From positions 1,922,001 to 1,986,000 of the forward strand of contig OZ336891.1 of NCBI GenBank assembly GCA_965287045.1: a DNA stretch of 64,000 bases. The letters are read 5' to 3'. This document shows positions 40,201 through 52,945 of the stretch, one piece after another. A program made the position numbers and the translations under genes. The notes beneath the pieces were generated by a model, which was given only the letters and a program-made list of their open reading frames with translations, ran no database searches and was not told the origin of the DNA. Source of the DNA: Carcharhinus amblyrhynchos (lineage: Eukaryota). Numbering within the stretch: position 1 is the first letter of the stretch; each line of letters opens with the position of its first letter.

Positions 40201-41813
40201 ACCTCAAACAATGCTAAAACTAGCACCCAAAAAACCCATTCCAGCACTTGAGGAACCTTTTACAAGGGTCTTAATTGATTGCATAGGAATCCACCCTAAA
40301 AAAAAAGTGGGAATCAATCTCTTTTGACTATAATAGATGTGTCCATTCGGTTTCCAGAGCCATTCCATTACACAATATTATAGCTGAAAGGATTGTAGAG
40401 GAGTTACTTCAATCTTTACTAGATATGGACTATCCACAGAAATACAATCAGACCAAGGATCAAATTTTACTTCAAAGTTATTCAGGAGGATTGTGGATAG
40501 CTTAGGAATAAAACAATTTAAACCAACTGCAAAACATCCAGAATCTCAGGGAACGTGAGAGCGGTGGTATCCAACTTTAAAGACAATGTTGAGAGGTTAT
40601 TGTCAAGATTACCTGGAGGATTGCGATAGAGAAATTCCGTTTGTGCTCTTTGCAATTAGGAACGCATCTAATGAGTCAACCAAATTCAGTCCATTTGAAT
40701 TGATTTTTGGTTATGAAGTAAAAGGACCACTTAAATTGGTTAAGGAGAATTGGTGAGTGAGCATTCTGAGACCATCTTATTGGACAATGTGTCAAGCTTT
40801 AGGGAAGGGTTGAATGGAATAGGACAATTGACTAGCCAACATTTAAATGTGGCACAGTGTGTGATGAAGCAGGAAATGATTCAGAAATCAAAGATTCGTA
40901 TTTTTGGTAGTGTGAATAAAGTCTTAGTACTGCTACCAATGGTAGGTGAAGCTTTAAAAGTAAGGTTTTGTAGGCCTTATCAAATTGAAAGAAAATTGAG
41001 TGAGCTTTGCTTGGTAAGAGCATCAGATAGCAGCAAAATTCACAGAGTGTGTCATGTGAATATGCTTAAAAAGAAGAACAGAAGAAGGAAGTTTTGGCAT
41101 TACAACTCAGAGCGAAGAACTGCATCCCGATGACTCTGAATTTGATATTCCTCAAATTAAATTGGACAATGAGGACATTATTAAAAATTGGGATAAATTA
41201 TTGAGTTAGCTTCTGGAGAAATATCAAACTGACCTGAAAGAGTATTAACATCACATGGACAAATATGTGGGGATAAGTTGGGAAATACTAGAATGATTAT
41301 ACATGATGTCGACGTAGGAAATGTTATTTCAATTAAATAACATCCTGGCAAACATAACCTTTTCAAGTTAGTACAGGTTCAGATGGGTAAGCTGATGATT
41401 ACTCGGTCTGAGATGCAGCAGCCAAAAGTCTCAATCAATCATACAAAACTTGAGGTGGAACAGGAGAACCAGTTAATGGACAATAATATAAACAAAGGAA
41501 CTGTGCAGAGATGTGGATGCCCAGTGAAACGGCACTGTACACAGCTGGCGTTTGCGTAAAGATCGTGGTTTTTGCAGCAGTGTAATTGCCAAAGTGATCT
41601 TTGGAACCATGGTCAAAATAGGATCATTTTCATCCATATCTGTTAACTATATTTTTAAATAAATTTTGTTTGAGAAAAGCTCCCCAGTGGGTTATTTGAA
41701 TCATACCTGATGTGAACCACATCATGCTTATCCTAACCAAATTCAAGGTGCAAACCTTATGATCCAGGTGGGCTTCATAAAACACTGTGGAGTTTCTGAC
41801 CTGAACCATAACA
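37217..41813 (+). mobile_element. Degenerate Gypsy LTR retrotransposon, Gmr1-like
   Basis: TG...CA ends, near-TSD aatc/agtc; gag (FEKVAKQM.WP...ELVPEAYRQR...LEEF), CCHC knuckle CFHCNKLGHVKSQC, protease (ILGNNIAG), integrase (HEVPVGGHFGIRKT...FYWPGL; SDQGSNF), then the start of RT; many stops and frameshifts. Confidence 0.85.
38814..39403 (-). mobile_element. Rex1/Babar fragment inserted in the Gypsy protease region
   Basis: TLTNFYRCTIESILSGCITAWYG; agtttg on both flanks. Confidence 0.85.
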
Positions 41814-42224
41814 AGTCCGAGCCTACGGTGTGACCATCTCTCTGTACGTGCTGTCCACAATACTCTTTGCCTCGCAGGTGCTCCACAGTGACCCCAACCA
41901 CTGTTTCAACTGCAGAACTCAGGCTTGCAGCTGTTGCAGCTGGAAACACTTCCTGTACACACACTGGTTCTGGACACTGCAAATGTTCCCAGACTCCCAC
42001 ATGGAGCATGAAGAACATACCATGGTTTGGAGTTTTGCTGTCATGTCTTACCCCTTTAAATTAAACTTTTGGAAGATGCTTGATATCAGACTATAATCAA
42101 TTCTCTAGGATCCTTCTTTCATGCTCCTTGTTACTATCAAATATAACCCTTACAAACTATAAAACACAAACACAACCTCTGAACCAATCAATGATAAAGT
42201 TTTAAATATTTAGGGTCATAAAGA

Positions 42225-42585
42225 TCATAGAGTCATAGAGGTTTATAAGCATGGAAACAGGCCCTTCAGCCCAACTTGTCCATGCTACACCTTTTTTTTA
42301 AATGCCTAAGCTAAACCTAATTGCCCACATTTGGCCCATATCCCTCTATACCCATCCTACCCCTTGTAACTGTCTAAACACTCTTTAAAAGACAAAATTA
42401 TACCCGCCTCTACTACCATCTCTGGCAGCTTGTTCCCAGGCTCTCCCCACCCTCTGTGTGAAAAATTGCCCCTCTGGAACCTTTCGTATTTCTCCCGTCA
42501 CCTTAAACCCATGCCCTCTAGTTTTAGACTGCCCTAAATTTGGGAAAAGATATTGACTATCTAGCTGATCTATGCCCCTCTATGG
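42225..42585 (-). mobile_element. CR1 3' fragment
   Basis: catagagtcatagagg... family, same as 63470-64000. Confidence 0.85.
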
Positions 42586-43399
42586 CCCTCACTTACCCAA
42601 CCTTACCCATCACTTACCAATCAGCCCTTTCCCTTGTGCCCTCTGTTACTGCAGCAGGGTAAGAGCTAGGGTTTAAAAATTAGAAAGTGAGGAGAGAAAG
42701 CAAAAAGCACCTCGTTCTCCTCTGCACCAAATTCCCACTCCACTCCAAATTCCAGATAGCCTCATATTCTGGCAGAATGTCACTCTGGATGAGTCTCTCG
42801 CACAGTTTGTGCACAAGCCCACTAGTCACACAATTCCGAAAACCCTTTCTCAAATTCAGCTGACGATCACACACCAGTCAAAATTCTATTGAGGCCCTAA
42901 TCAGGCTTCAGATCATTGACAGTTAACTGCCACTCAGCTAACTGGGTCAGATCTTATTGACTCTTAAACTAGATTACTGAATTTACATAGAAAATAAAAG
43001 AGTGAAAGACTTACCAATTCAATTCAATTCCTACTCAGCTCCAAATTTTGATGAGAAGTGTGATTGTCGGTGATGAGACCATATCAAGAATTGTCTGATT
43101 CCTGAGACCCAGGCTGCTCTATGATTTGGGAAGAGAAGAGAGAGAAGGAATTTTTTTGTAAGTTTATTTACATCTGTGTATTAATTGTTTACAGGGAGAA
43201 AATGCTAGGGGCTTGTTTTCCCAGGCTGGAGAGTCTAGAATGGGCCTCATTATCTTGGGAAAATTGGGTCATTCATTTAGAACTGAGACAAAAAGAAACT
43301 TCTTCCCTCAGAGGGTTGTGATCTTTGGAATCCTCTCTTGCAGAGGACTGTGGATGCTGAGTCATTGAATAGGTTTCAATGGGAAATCAATAGAACTCT

Positions 43400-43700
43400 A
43401 TCGGTGCCGCACTGTCAGAACTGCCAAGTTTCAACTATGACATTCAGCTGACATTCTTTTCTCTCAGGTGGATGAAATCCCACGGCACTGAGCCAAAGAG
43501 GAGTATGGATCCTGGCCAATATTTATCCTTCAACCAACATCACAATAACATATTATCTGGTTATTATCACACAGGATAATGGGAGCTGGTGTGAGAGCTG
43601 GTTATGTGCAAATTGTCTGCTGTGTTTCTGACATTACAACAGCAACCACACTTCAGAAAGATGCTTTGGGATGTCCTGCATTTGTGAAAAGCATGACATA
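43400..43700 (+). mobile_element. SacSINE1/DeuSINE-like element
   Basis: tcaggtggatg...cctggccaatatttatccttcaaccaaca...ttatctggttatt. Confidence 0.65.
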
Positions 43701-44574
43701 GATGAGAATAGTGTGGGAAGGTGGAGTTGAGTTAGATCATGTTGAATAGTGAAGCAGATGTAACGGGTTGTACGGCCAATCCCGGCTCCTATTATATTTT
43801 TAAGCTCTTATGAGTTGTTGATGTGGAAAGATTGCAATGTGAATCTTATTTATACCTTTAATACCAAAGGTAGTGTGTATAAATGACTATTTTATTTCGA
43901 TCACCATTTAGATTGTGTTAACCCACAACATCAGTGGACTAGTTGCTACCTGTCTAAAATACATTTATTATCAGTCTTTACCTGGAGATGGGCTTGAGGG
44001 GGATTTAAAATCGAGCATTGTTGAACCTCCCATTTGAATTTGGGCTCCTTTGACTTGGGGAATGGTCCAGATACAGATTTACCCCCAGCCCACCACTGAA
44101 GACATTTCAATCATTAAATCATTGGCGATCTTGGTCCATGATAGAGGGCTGATTTGTGCATGAACGTTAAGCTGGGGCCACCACAACATTGTCTGGTTAT
44201 AAGCGTTCGTTGTAAAAAGATTCTGCCATCAATAGCTTGCAGCTGCCTTCATCTCCTGAAATATTATTGGATTCACTCCATTTGTTCTTGGATCTCATGA
44301 CTATTGAAAAGCTCCAGCTTTTTTAAAAACAATATTTACATGAACTTGGACATATCTCTTATTCCTTCTGCCAGTGGCAGTGGATAGTGTGTAAAATCTC
44401 GCACCAGAACCGTTTCTATTGAAAATTGCAATATTCGGTCTTAGCTGGTGTGTAACAAGTATTCCCAGATACACCAGAAATTTTACCACTTCCATTATCT
44501 CTGTGTCCTCAGACTGATTGACATCAGTTCAAGATGAGTCAAAATTTCTTCAATTAACCATTGCAAAAATTTAA

Positions 44575-44705
44575 CAGGATTTTACCGCCTTGCCCCCCCC
44601 CCCCCCCAAGGCTCGTAAGATCCTCCCCGAGGCCAATGGAGAATGATATTCTGCCAGCCTCGCCTACCCTGATTCTGGGCCGGGCGTGCTGGTAAAACCC
44701 CGGCC
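44575..44705. mobile_element. MITE; an oppositely oriented relative lies at 45432-45557
   Basis: caggattttaccg...ggtaaaaccccggcc; 45432 copy ggccggaaattttacc...gtaaaattctg. Confidence 0.65.
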
Positions 44706-47190
44706 AATTGTCATCAGGCATTACAACAATAAAGTTTATTTATTCGTCACAAGTAAGGCTACATTAACACTGCAATGAAGTGGTAAATGCGGGGTCACTT
44801 TTAACATTTAAGAAAATCTTGAACGGGTTCATGGATGAGAGGGGTGTGGAGGGATATGGTTCAAGTGCAGGTCAGTGGGACTAGGCAAAAAATGGTTCGG
44901 CACAGACAAGAAGGGCCAAAAGGCCTGTTTCTGTGCTGTAATTTTCTATGGTCTATGGTTTCTAAGTTACTGTGAAATTCCCCTAGAACAATCTCTGTTC
45001 CTTAGTCATAGATTCGCTCCCCTCTCTCTCAAGCTGAACCAAACTTCACATGGGTTTTGATCCTGAACTTCCAAATCTATAATCCCTTCCATCGTAGAGA
45101 CATCCACTTCCACACCTTTAACCATCCCAACCCATCCGTTACTGAAACCTCATCCAGTGTTTTAGGGTGATGACTTTTCATCACAATTGGGAAAAGTTGG
45201 AGGTGTGACAGGATTCAGGAAAGTGCAGAGGGAGAGAGCAAGGGAAGAACAAAAGGCAAAGTCTGTGATAGGATAGAAGACCAAAGGGATAATGGTGCGA
45301 ATTGAAATTATATGGTTATGGGGAGAGAATATAGGTTGTGTGATGGACACAGAGCAGCTGAAAGAATTGAATAGTGTCCTCTTGGAAGTGTTGTGGGAGG
45401 AAGTGTGGGTGATTCAGTCGTGAGAGTCACAGGCCGGAAATTTTACCAGGATGTCCGACCTGGAATTGGGGCAGGCGAGCCTCACAGGTTGACATTCTCC
45501 GTTGGCCTGGGGCGGGATCTTTTGATCCTTGGGTGGGCGTGCCAGTAAAATTCTGACAACTGCGTAAACAGTGAGTCCTTTGTTATCAGCCTGAAACATC
45601 AACTCTTTCTCTTTCACTGACACGGCCAGGCATGCTGAGCATTTCCAGCATTTTCTGTTTTTATTTCAGATTTCCAGCATGATTTTATAAAGACATGTCC
45701 AGGAGGTGGGCATCACTGGCTCAGGCCTTCAGCTGTGACGAAGGGTCATCCTGACTTGAAATGTTGGTTCTATTCTCTCTCCACGGATGCTGCTGGACCT
45801 GCTGCGTTCTTGGCTGCTGGCTGCCTGTCCCAGAGTCCTCCTCTCACACTAGCTTCTCAGACCGACTTTATATCATCTAACGCACCTTCTAAATGTATTC
45901 CCTTTTCTCTTTTCAGGTCTAATGAGGTCCTGCACTGTGGGCCTCATTTCTCAATAATGATTTTAAAAGAAAGCCAGAGTGAGGGACACAGTAGAAAATC
46001 AATTTATAATACTTTCATTTGCCAAGGTTCAGTTAGACAGGAAGTAAACATGTCTCTTGTTAAATTCTGCAGAAGGGTATCATCAGACTCCACAAGATCA
46101 GGTATATAGTGAGGTAGACTGATGGCTTTTACTGACTTTGGTCACTATTTTCATTACAATGCATTGGTAATAGGCAATATCACTGGGTCAAAATTCTGGA
46201 CCTCCCTCTCTAACAGCACTGCGGGTGTACCTAAACCACAGATTGCAGTGGTTCAAGAAGGCAGCTCACCATTACCTTCTTAAGGGTAATTAGGGATAGG
46301 CAATAAATGCTGACCAGCGATGGCTACGTCTCATGAATGGCAAGGAAACCAATGCACAGAAATCCAGATCATTTAGCCTATTTTGGCATTTCCCATCCGC
46401 AGAGCAGGCAGTCCCAATAATATGCATTTACCCTCTTTCACAAGTTACAAACTCTCTTCCTTCTTCCCCTGCACTCTGACTTAATCCAGAATACCGGCTT
46501 TGTTTCTGTCTCAATCACTAAGCGAATTTTAGCACCTCACAACTCTCTCGGTGTGAGGAAGTTTCTCCTACCTTTCAATCCTGTAAGGATGTCTCCTTAT
46601 TCTACAACCTCAGCCAATGAAAATAGTCTATCTCAGCGTGCCCCATCTGACCATTATTTTTAACAGCTCCATCATATCACAAACTGTGATACTCTAATAA
46701 ATAAGGACCCAGTGAAATGCATCTCTCATTTGTAAAGGTTATTTGTGAAGAAATTACTGAAAATATCATGCTGTACGGATGTTGAGTATCTTGCTTTGTG
46801 TATCTAATTTGCCTGAAAGCTGGTAATTCATTGACCGTATACAGCTATCTGGGCATGATGCCAGGGTGTTGAATTCCTTCTGAAGTGGAAATAGGGTCAG
46901 TTCTTTAAAGCTTTTCAAAGCATCTCCCCCTCCTGCCTCCGCCCCCAATCCTCCAGAAGCCTGGATTGATTTCTGACTTCACTTTCCTTCTCTACTGAAG
47001 CTTTTGGAAAGGAGAACATCTTCAGTCATTTTTTTTATATAGATATTTAAAGGTTAGTTGAAAGGTCAAGCAGCCTGGCTGGAAATGATTCTCTCTCTTA
47101 GATCTTTCCTTCTGCAGTTCCTTAACTCTTTAATGGACATGTACAATTTGGTAAAGTTTATATGGTGCCTGTTATACCAGCAGAGAGAGA

Positions 47191-47515
47191 TCATAGAATC
47201 TCTACAGTGCAGAAAGAAGCTATTTGGCCCATCAAGTCTGCATCGACCACAATCCCACCCAGACCTTAACTCCACAACCCCACACATTTACCTTGCTAGT
47301 TCCCCTGATACTAAGGGCAATTTAACATGGCCAATCCACCTAACCCACACATCATTGGACTGTGGGAGGAAAGCAGAGCACCCGGAGGAAACCCACACAG
47401 ACATTGGGAGAACGTGCCAGAAAATCCACACAGCCAGTGACGCAAGCCTGGAATCAAACCCAGGACCCTGGCGCTGTGGGGCAGCAGTGCTAACCATTGT
47501 GCTACCATGCTGCCC
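47191..47515 (-). mobile_element. HE1-like SINE
   Basis: Reverse-complement head, central domain and tail. Confidence 0.85.
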
Positions 47516-47599
47516 ATCCTGATACATCAGATTAAGAAAATCCTTTGGCTCAGGTTTTTGATTGCAGCATTGCTCACAATGAGTTCTAAACAGGCAGAA

Positions 47600-48145
47600 A
47601 CTTCCTCTGGGAAATTGTATTTGATCTTTTATAAAACACCAGTCAGGGCTCACCTGGAGCATTGTTTCAATTCTGGGCACCAGACTTGAGAAGGATGAGG
47701 TCTTGGAGGGGATTCAAAGGGAACAGTTACCAAGACCCCGGGATTGAGAGTTTTAATTAAAGTGGAGGGACTGGAAAAGCTGGGGTTGTTCTCCTTAGAG
47801 TCGAAAGGATCAAAGAAATATTTGATATTGGTGTTCAAAATCACGAATAGGTTTGATAGGGTAAAGGGTTAACACTGGCTGGATGATCAGTAACCCAGGA
47901 AGATACAGATTTAAGACCACTGGAAAAAAATCCAAAGCCAAAATGAGGGAAAGTATTTTTTGACAGCGAGTGTGATCTGGCAGTAGAAGCAGATTCAATA
48001 GACACTTCCGAAAGAGAATTGAAGAATAGGGTACTGTAGGGTAAGAGCACAGGATGGGGGACTAATTAAGTATCCTTTTCAAAGAGCCAGCTAGTACATG
48101 ATGGGCCGAACAGCCTCTGCCTGTGCCATGTCATTCCATGATTCT
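47600..48145 (+). mobile_element. Old CR1 3' fragment
   Basis: YKTPVRAHLEHC..FWAP-like remnants and a CR1-type 3' UTR. Confidence 0.7.
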
Positions 48146-48441
48146 CTGGAAGTAAGTGAACATTCCCAGTGCCATTTTCACCCAACTTTCAGTGGCTGGG
48201 ATGCCAATTGCAGAGGGTGAGAAACAGGTTTCCCACTGACCATCTCTGAGATATTGGTGGTGCAGAACGTGGGCAGGAAGGGAGTAATCAGACAAACTGA
48301 GAAATGAAATGATTCTTGCTGGAACCCTATATATCCATCTGAGCCTCTGACAAGATAGCACTCTTCTACTGCGGTACTGGGAGTGTCAACTAGACTTGTG
48401 TCTTCCATTGGGACCTGCTGGTCTGGCCCTAATAGTTGGGA

Positions 48442-48696
48442 CAGTAAAAAGTCTGACAACACCAGGTTTTAGTCCAACCTATTTATTTGATAATATTCTC
48501 ACTAGCTTTCGAGGGGACAGCCTCTTCGTCAGGTGAATGGAGAGTGTGGAGAGAACTCTCCATTCACCTGACGAAGAGGCTGTCCCCTCGAAAGCTAGTG
48601 AGAATATTATCAAATAAATAGGTTGGACTAAAACCTGGTGTTGTCAGACTTTTTACTGTGTTTACGCCAGTCCAAAGCCGGCATACCCACATCATG
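48442..48696. mobile_element. Young Penelope-like insertion forming a perfect 105-bp inverted repeat
   Basis: Arms 48441-48545 and 48555-48659, 9-nt spacer; 14-bp TSD cctaatagttggga at 48428-48441 and 48697-48710. Confidence 0.9.
48563..48602 (+). ncRNA. Minimal type I hammerhead ribozyme motif (mirror copy on the minus strand at ~48498-48537)
   Basis: UUCAC-CUGACGA-A-GAGG(cugucc)CCUC-GAAA-GCUA-GUGAG: both conserved boxes, stem II, stem I (UCAC/GUGA) and palindromic AGCU stem III. Confidence 0.7.
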
Positions 48697-49283
48697 CCTA
48701 ATAGTTGGGAAACAGTTTCTTAATTAATTCCTAGTATGTGGTCATTGTTGGCTCAGACAGCAATTATTGCCCATCCCCAATTGACTTTAAGAAGGTGCTA
48801 GTGAGCTGTCTTCTTGAATTGCTGCAGTCCATGTGGTGGAGTACACCCACTGTGCTGTTAGGGAGGAGGTTCCAGTTCTGTAGAAGAAAGACTTTGCTAC
48901 GCTCACCTCTCCAGTGAATTGAGGTCTGCCTTGTGCATGCTCCTCGTTAGAAATTGGATTTCAATTGGTGTGATTCCACGCTGGAGTTAAGCAAGACTGA
49001 AAGGCCTGATGGGATACCGGCAGGTAGCTGTTTAATGGGCATTCATGAGATGCAAATGACATTTATGCCACTAGTCAGCAGCAATAGTGATTGGCTGCCA
49101 TTGGGAGAATTGCATTGTGTTTTTATACCAACGGGATTCTGGCATTTTGTCTCCTAATAGATTCTCCGTTCCCACCACCACCAAACCTGTCACGGGCCGG
49201 ATGGGAGAATTCCACCCTGCATTAACACTTCAAATAAAGGACAATTCTCCAGGATTCTTTATTCCATTTCATTGCCCAATGAC

Positions 49284-49607
49284 TGGGTGGCACAGTGTCA
49301 CAGTGGTTGGCACTGCTGCCTCACAGCACTAGGGACCCAGGTTCAATTCCGGCCTCAGGTCACTCTCTGCTTGGAGTTTGCACGTTCTCCGTGTCTGCGT
49401 GGGTTTCCTCCGGGTGCTCTGGTTTCCTCCCATGGCCCAAAGATATGAGGGTTAGGCTGACTGGCCAAGCTAAATTGCCCCTTAGTATCAGGGGATTAGC
49501 AGGGTAAATATGTGAGGCTATAGAAATATGGCCTGAGCGAGATGTGGTTGGTGCAGACTCAATGGGCCGAATGGCCTCCTTCTGCACTGTAGGGATTCTA
49601 TTCTATG
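49284..49607 (+). mobile_element. HE1-like SINE
   Basis: Full head, central domain and ctgtagggattcta tail. Confidence 0.9.
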
Positions 49608-52540
49608 ATGACTGCTATTGAAAAGTGTGACTTTGGGTGAAGGCAGATTTAAACTCGTTTTTTTTGTTGCCAAGTTGGTCGATAAGCCCACCTTACTCCC
49701 TGGATGAACTGTAAGTGTGACCAGGATCTATAGTGACATCTCTGCTCCAACTGTATCCCAGTTAGAGTTAGCAGCTTTACGGAAGGTGCAGAGAAAGGGT
49801 TAAGAGTTGATATATTCTATATTTTTGAGGTGGAGGAAAATTCGTTAGTTCCAGGTGAAATAAATCATTGTGCTGAAATGCTTCTGAATGACAGATCTTT
49901 CATATCAGTGAACTAACTGCACATCTGTGCCTAAACGATGAGATATTACACTCCTACGCTGCATTTAAACCCATCATTATACCGCAGTTTAGTCAACCAT
50001 TAACTCCCTTGTCTGATTAGATGGAATTAAGAGCAGCAACTATAGGAGTTGAAAGAAAATCATTTGTGATGTTCCAGAGTGCCAACTTGAAACCCAAACT
50101 GTATTCAGAATGAACAAAGCTGGTCTTCCAGGCCAGCCCTGCCCCTCTGTCCCTGCCAGGAGTAACCAACTTTATCCATCTAGATATGGTAACTGGCAGC
50201 CGTGTCCAATCATTTTCAAAGTTTGCTCTCAGGATGCTGGTATTGTTGGCAAGGCTGGCATTTGTTACTCAATGATGTTCACTACTGACTTCATCAGAAA
50301 CACAGAGGGTTTTTATTAACAAGAGAAAACTTGCAGAGGCCAGCAGCCCCTGGTTGCTCTGGAGCAACGCTCTTTACCCTACCCCTCCTTCAAGGCAACC
50401 CCAGTCCCTACATGTCTTTTACATGCTTTCTCAATGTCTTCTGCCTAAGAGAGGACTCCATCCCTTGGGATGGTGAGCCACTCTCAGTCCCAATTGGTCC
50501 CTCAAACCAGGTGACCCCCTTCTGCTCTTAAAGAGGCACTCACCACATGCATCTCCCTTCAACTCTGTTATACAATCTTCAAAAAGAAGTTACTCAAGCC
50601 CAAGTTCTAACGAAACATTATACATGAGCTGGACAATGATAAATTGAGTATTTGAGGTGATTTTCTGTTTCTTGTAGAGTGGTGTAATTCTGCAGTCTGA
50701 GATGCTGCTGCAGGATCGACATTAACAGGGACTGCAATAACGGGTACCTCTTCTGGTACAGGTAGTTCAGCACTATTTACTTCCACAGAGAAATCAGTTT
50801 TGTCTATAACAGATCAATCTGGCGCTGCGTGTTTACAGGTTTGAAAACATTTCTTGATGGTTCATTGATAAAATCTTGTGAGTCCAATACTTATATTGGC
50901 AGGCTTTAATTATGTGCAGTTTCAAATGGTTTTGCATGGAGCTCTTCCATGCAGGCTTGCTGCTTTTCCATTAGTGTGACCATTCAGCAGTCTTGCTCTG
51001 GCACATAATCTCAGTCTCTTTTTCTGTCGAAATTGCTGATTCTCCTGTCAATTTTAATGTTTTTAACCTCTTCAGTTAATTTCTCACTCCCAAACTTCCT
51101 TCTTCCAGCTCTTATTCTCCTGATTCAATTCTTCATGGGATTTGTTCATATTTTTTAGCTACTTTTTCAAGGAGTTCAGCTTATTCCCCATTGGCTCATT
51201 AAATTCTGCTTCTGCTTAACTTAATTTTGTAAATTATTTTGCAGGTCTTTTTAAGTTTGCTATCAGTCACTTTATCTTGTTGTTTTAGGGTCTCCTCTGG
51301 AGTTTAATTCTTTTTGCTAATTCCTCTTTATGTTCAATAACCTTCTGTTTCTGTATTCCGTTTGAGGAGAATCCATCATGTTCTAACTGGACATTTACAT
51401 TTCACTTAATTTGTATTTGTTTTAACTTCAGCTAAACGCTTTTGTCTTCACTATTGGTGAGGTCAGTCCCAATTCTTTTGTTACTCTTCATTTGGTCATT
51501 TATTGTCTTTTGTGCCCCTCCTTCTGGGGTCTTTCATCTTTGTTCTCATTTTGGGATCTCTCATTGCCTTCCTAAGATCTTACAATGCCCTCCTTCCAAG
51601 GTTTTAATTTCCTCTTCTGAGATCTTGTATTGCTTTTGAGTATTTACTTGGGGGTCTTTTCCAATTTTCCTGCCCATTACTCACTGTTCCTTCTTGTGGT
51701 TGCTGCATTAAATATATTATCATTTTAAATGCTTTACCTCTTTAAGATTGTCAGTGTTTTTTAACTGTCAGCAGCTGCTGAATGCTTTTCCCGTGCTGGC
51801 TGGTCTACTTTAGAAGCTTTTTAAAAACTTTTTAAACTTTTCTTCCAACTCCCCGAACTTCTCATCTTTACTGACAGAAAACTAAGTTGGCCTTTCTCTA
51901 CATCCTAGCAATGACTGTAACACTACATTCTGAACTCTCCCCTTTCCTTCTCTATGAACGGTATGCTTTGTCTGTTTGGCTCGCAAAAAACAATACTTTT
52001 CACTGTATGTTAATACATGTGACAATAATAAATCAAATCAAATCAAAGCTCTCTCAGCGATTTCTGCAACTTTTTTGCTTCTGGCTTCCCGGAGAATCTT
52101 TTTTCTAATGAGCCTGTCCGTTCCTCTGTTAATTTCACTAGCAGACACAGTGCTGTCCATTTAAAAAAAAATTAAACTTATTTTTCTTTTAAGCAGGTTG
52201 GGGATCTTCTCTTCTACCTAAAACATCAGAACTTTTCTGTTTAGTGCAGCAAATGCTGCTCGGACCATCCACCCTGTGATCTGGAGGCCTGTCTGTTTCA
52301 TTTTCCCACATATCTGGGACGAGTTCTGCAGTTCCCTCAGCACTTTTCCCGTTATACTTTAAACACTTCTCTCTGTGCTCTCCTTGCTTTCTTTTTAGGA
52401 AAAAATATTGCAGAATCTCTTTGTTTTAAGAAACTGAAGTTCCACTTTCCCTTAAACACAAAATCACAGTTCTTGCTTTTGAGAGTTATTTTCTCTTCAT
52501 TTTTTTCCTACATATTTCTCAAACTTCTGACTGCACTTTC

Positions 52541-52945
52541 CAGTAAGAGGTCTCACAACACCAGGTTAAAATCCAACAGGTTTATTTGGTAGCACAATCC
52601 ACAAGCTTTTGGAGCGCTGCTCCTTCGTCAGGTGAGTGGGAGTTCTGTTCACAAACAGGGCAGATAAAGACATAAACTCAATTTACAAAATAATGGTTGG
52701 AATATGAGTCTTTACAGGTAATCAAGTCTTAAAGGCACAGATAAAGTGAATGGAGAGAGGGTTAAACACAGGTTAATGAGATATGTAGTCTCCAGCCAGG
52801 ACAGTTAGTGAGATTTTGCAAGGCCAGGCAAGTCATGGGGGTTACAGATAGTGCAACATGAACCCAAGATCCCAGTTGAGGCTGTCCTCATGTGTGCGGA
52901 ACTTGGCTATCAGTCTCTGCCCAGTGATTCTATGTTGTGTGTGCA
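52541..52945 (-). mobile_element. Penelope-like element 3' end: GIY-YIG C-terminus, 3' UTR and mutated hammerhead
   Basis: Minus strand translates QHRITGQRLIAKFRTHEDSLNWDLGFMLHYL*; hammerhead CTGACGA..AAAA (GAAA mutated) at ~52600-52636. Confidence 0.8.

Larger units (their letters stand above)
32766..42100 (-). mobile_element. Fragmented, nearly full-length old CR1 with multiple nested insertions
   Basis: 3' end at 32766; RT (DFQKAFDKV) ~34200; APE endonuclease (GWELNVEGWSMFRKGRQ..KGGG) ~35850; ORF1 pieces 37080-37216 and 41814-42050 (zinc finger). Confidence 0.8.
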
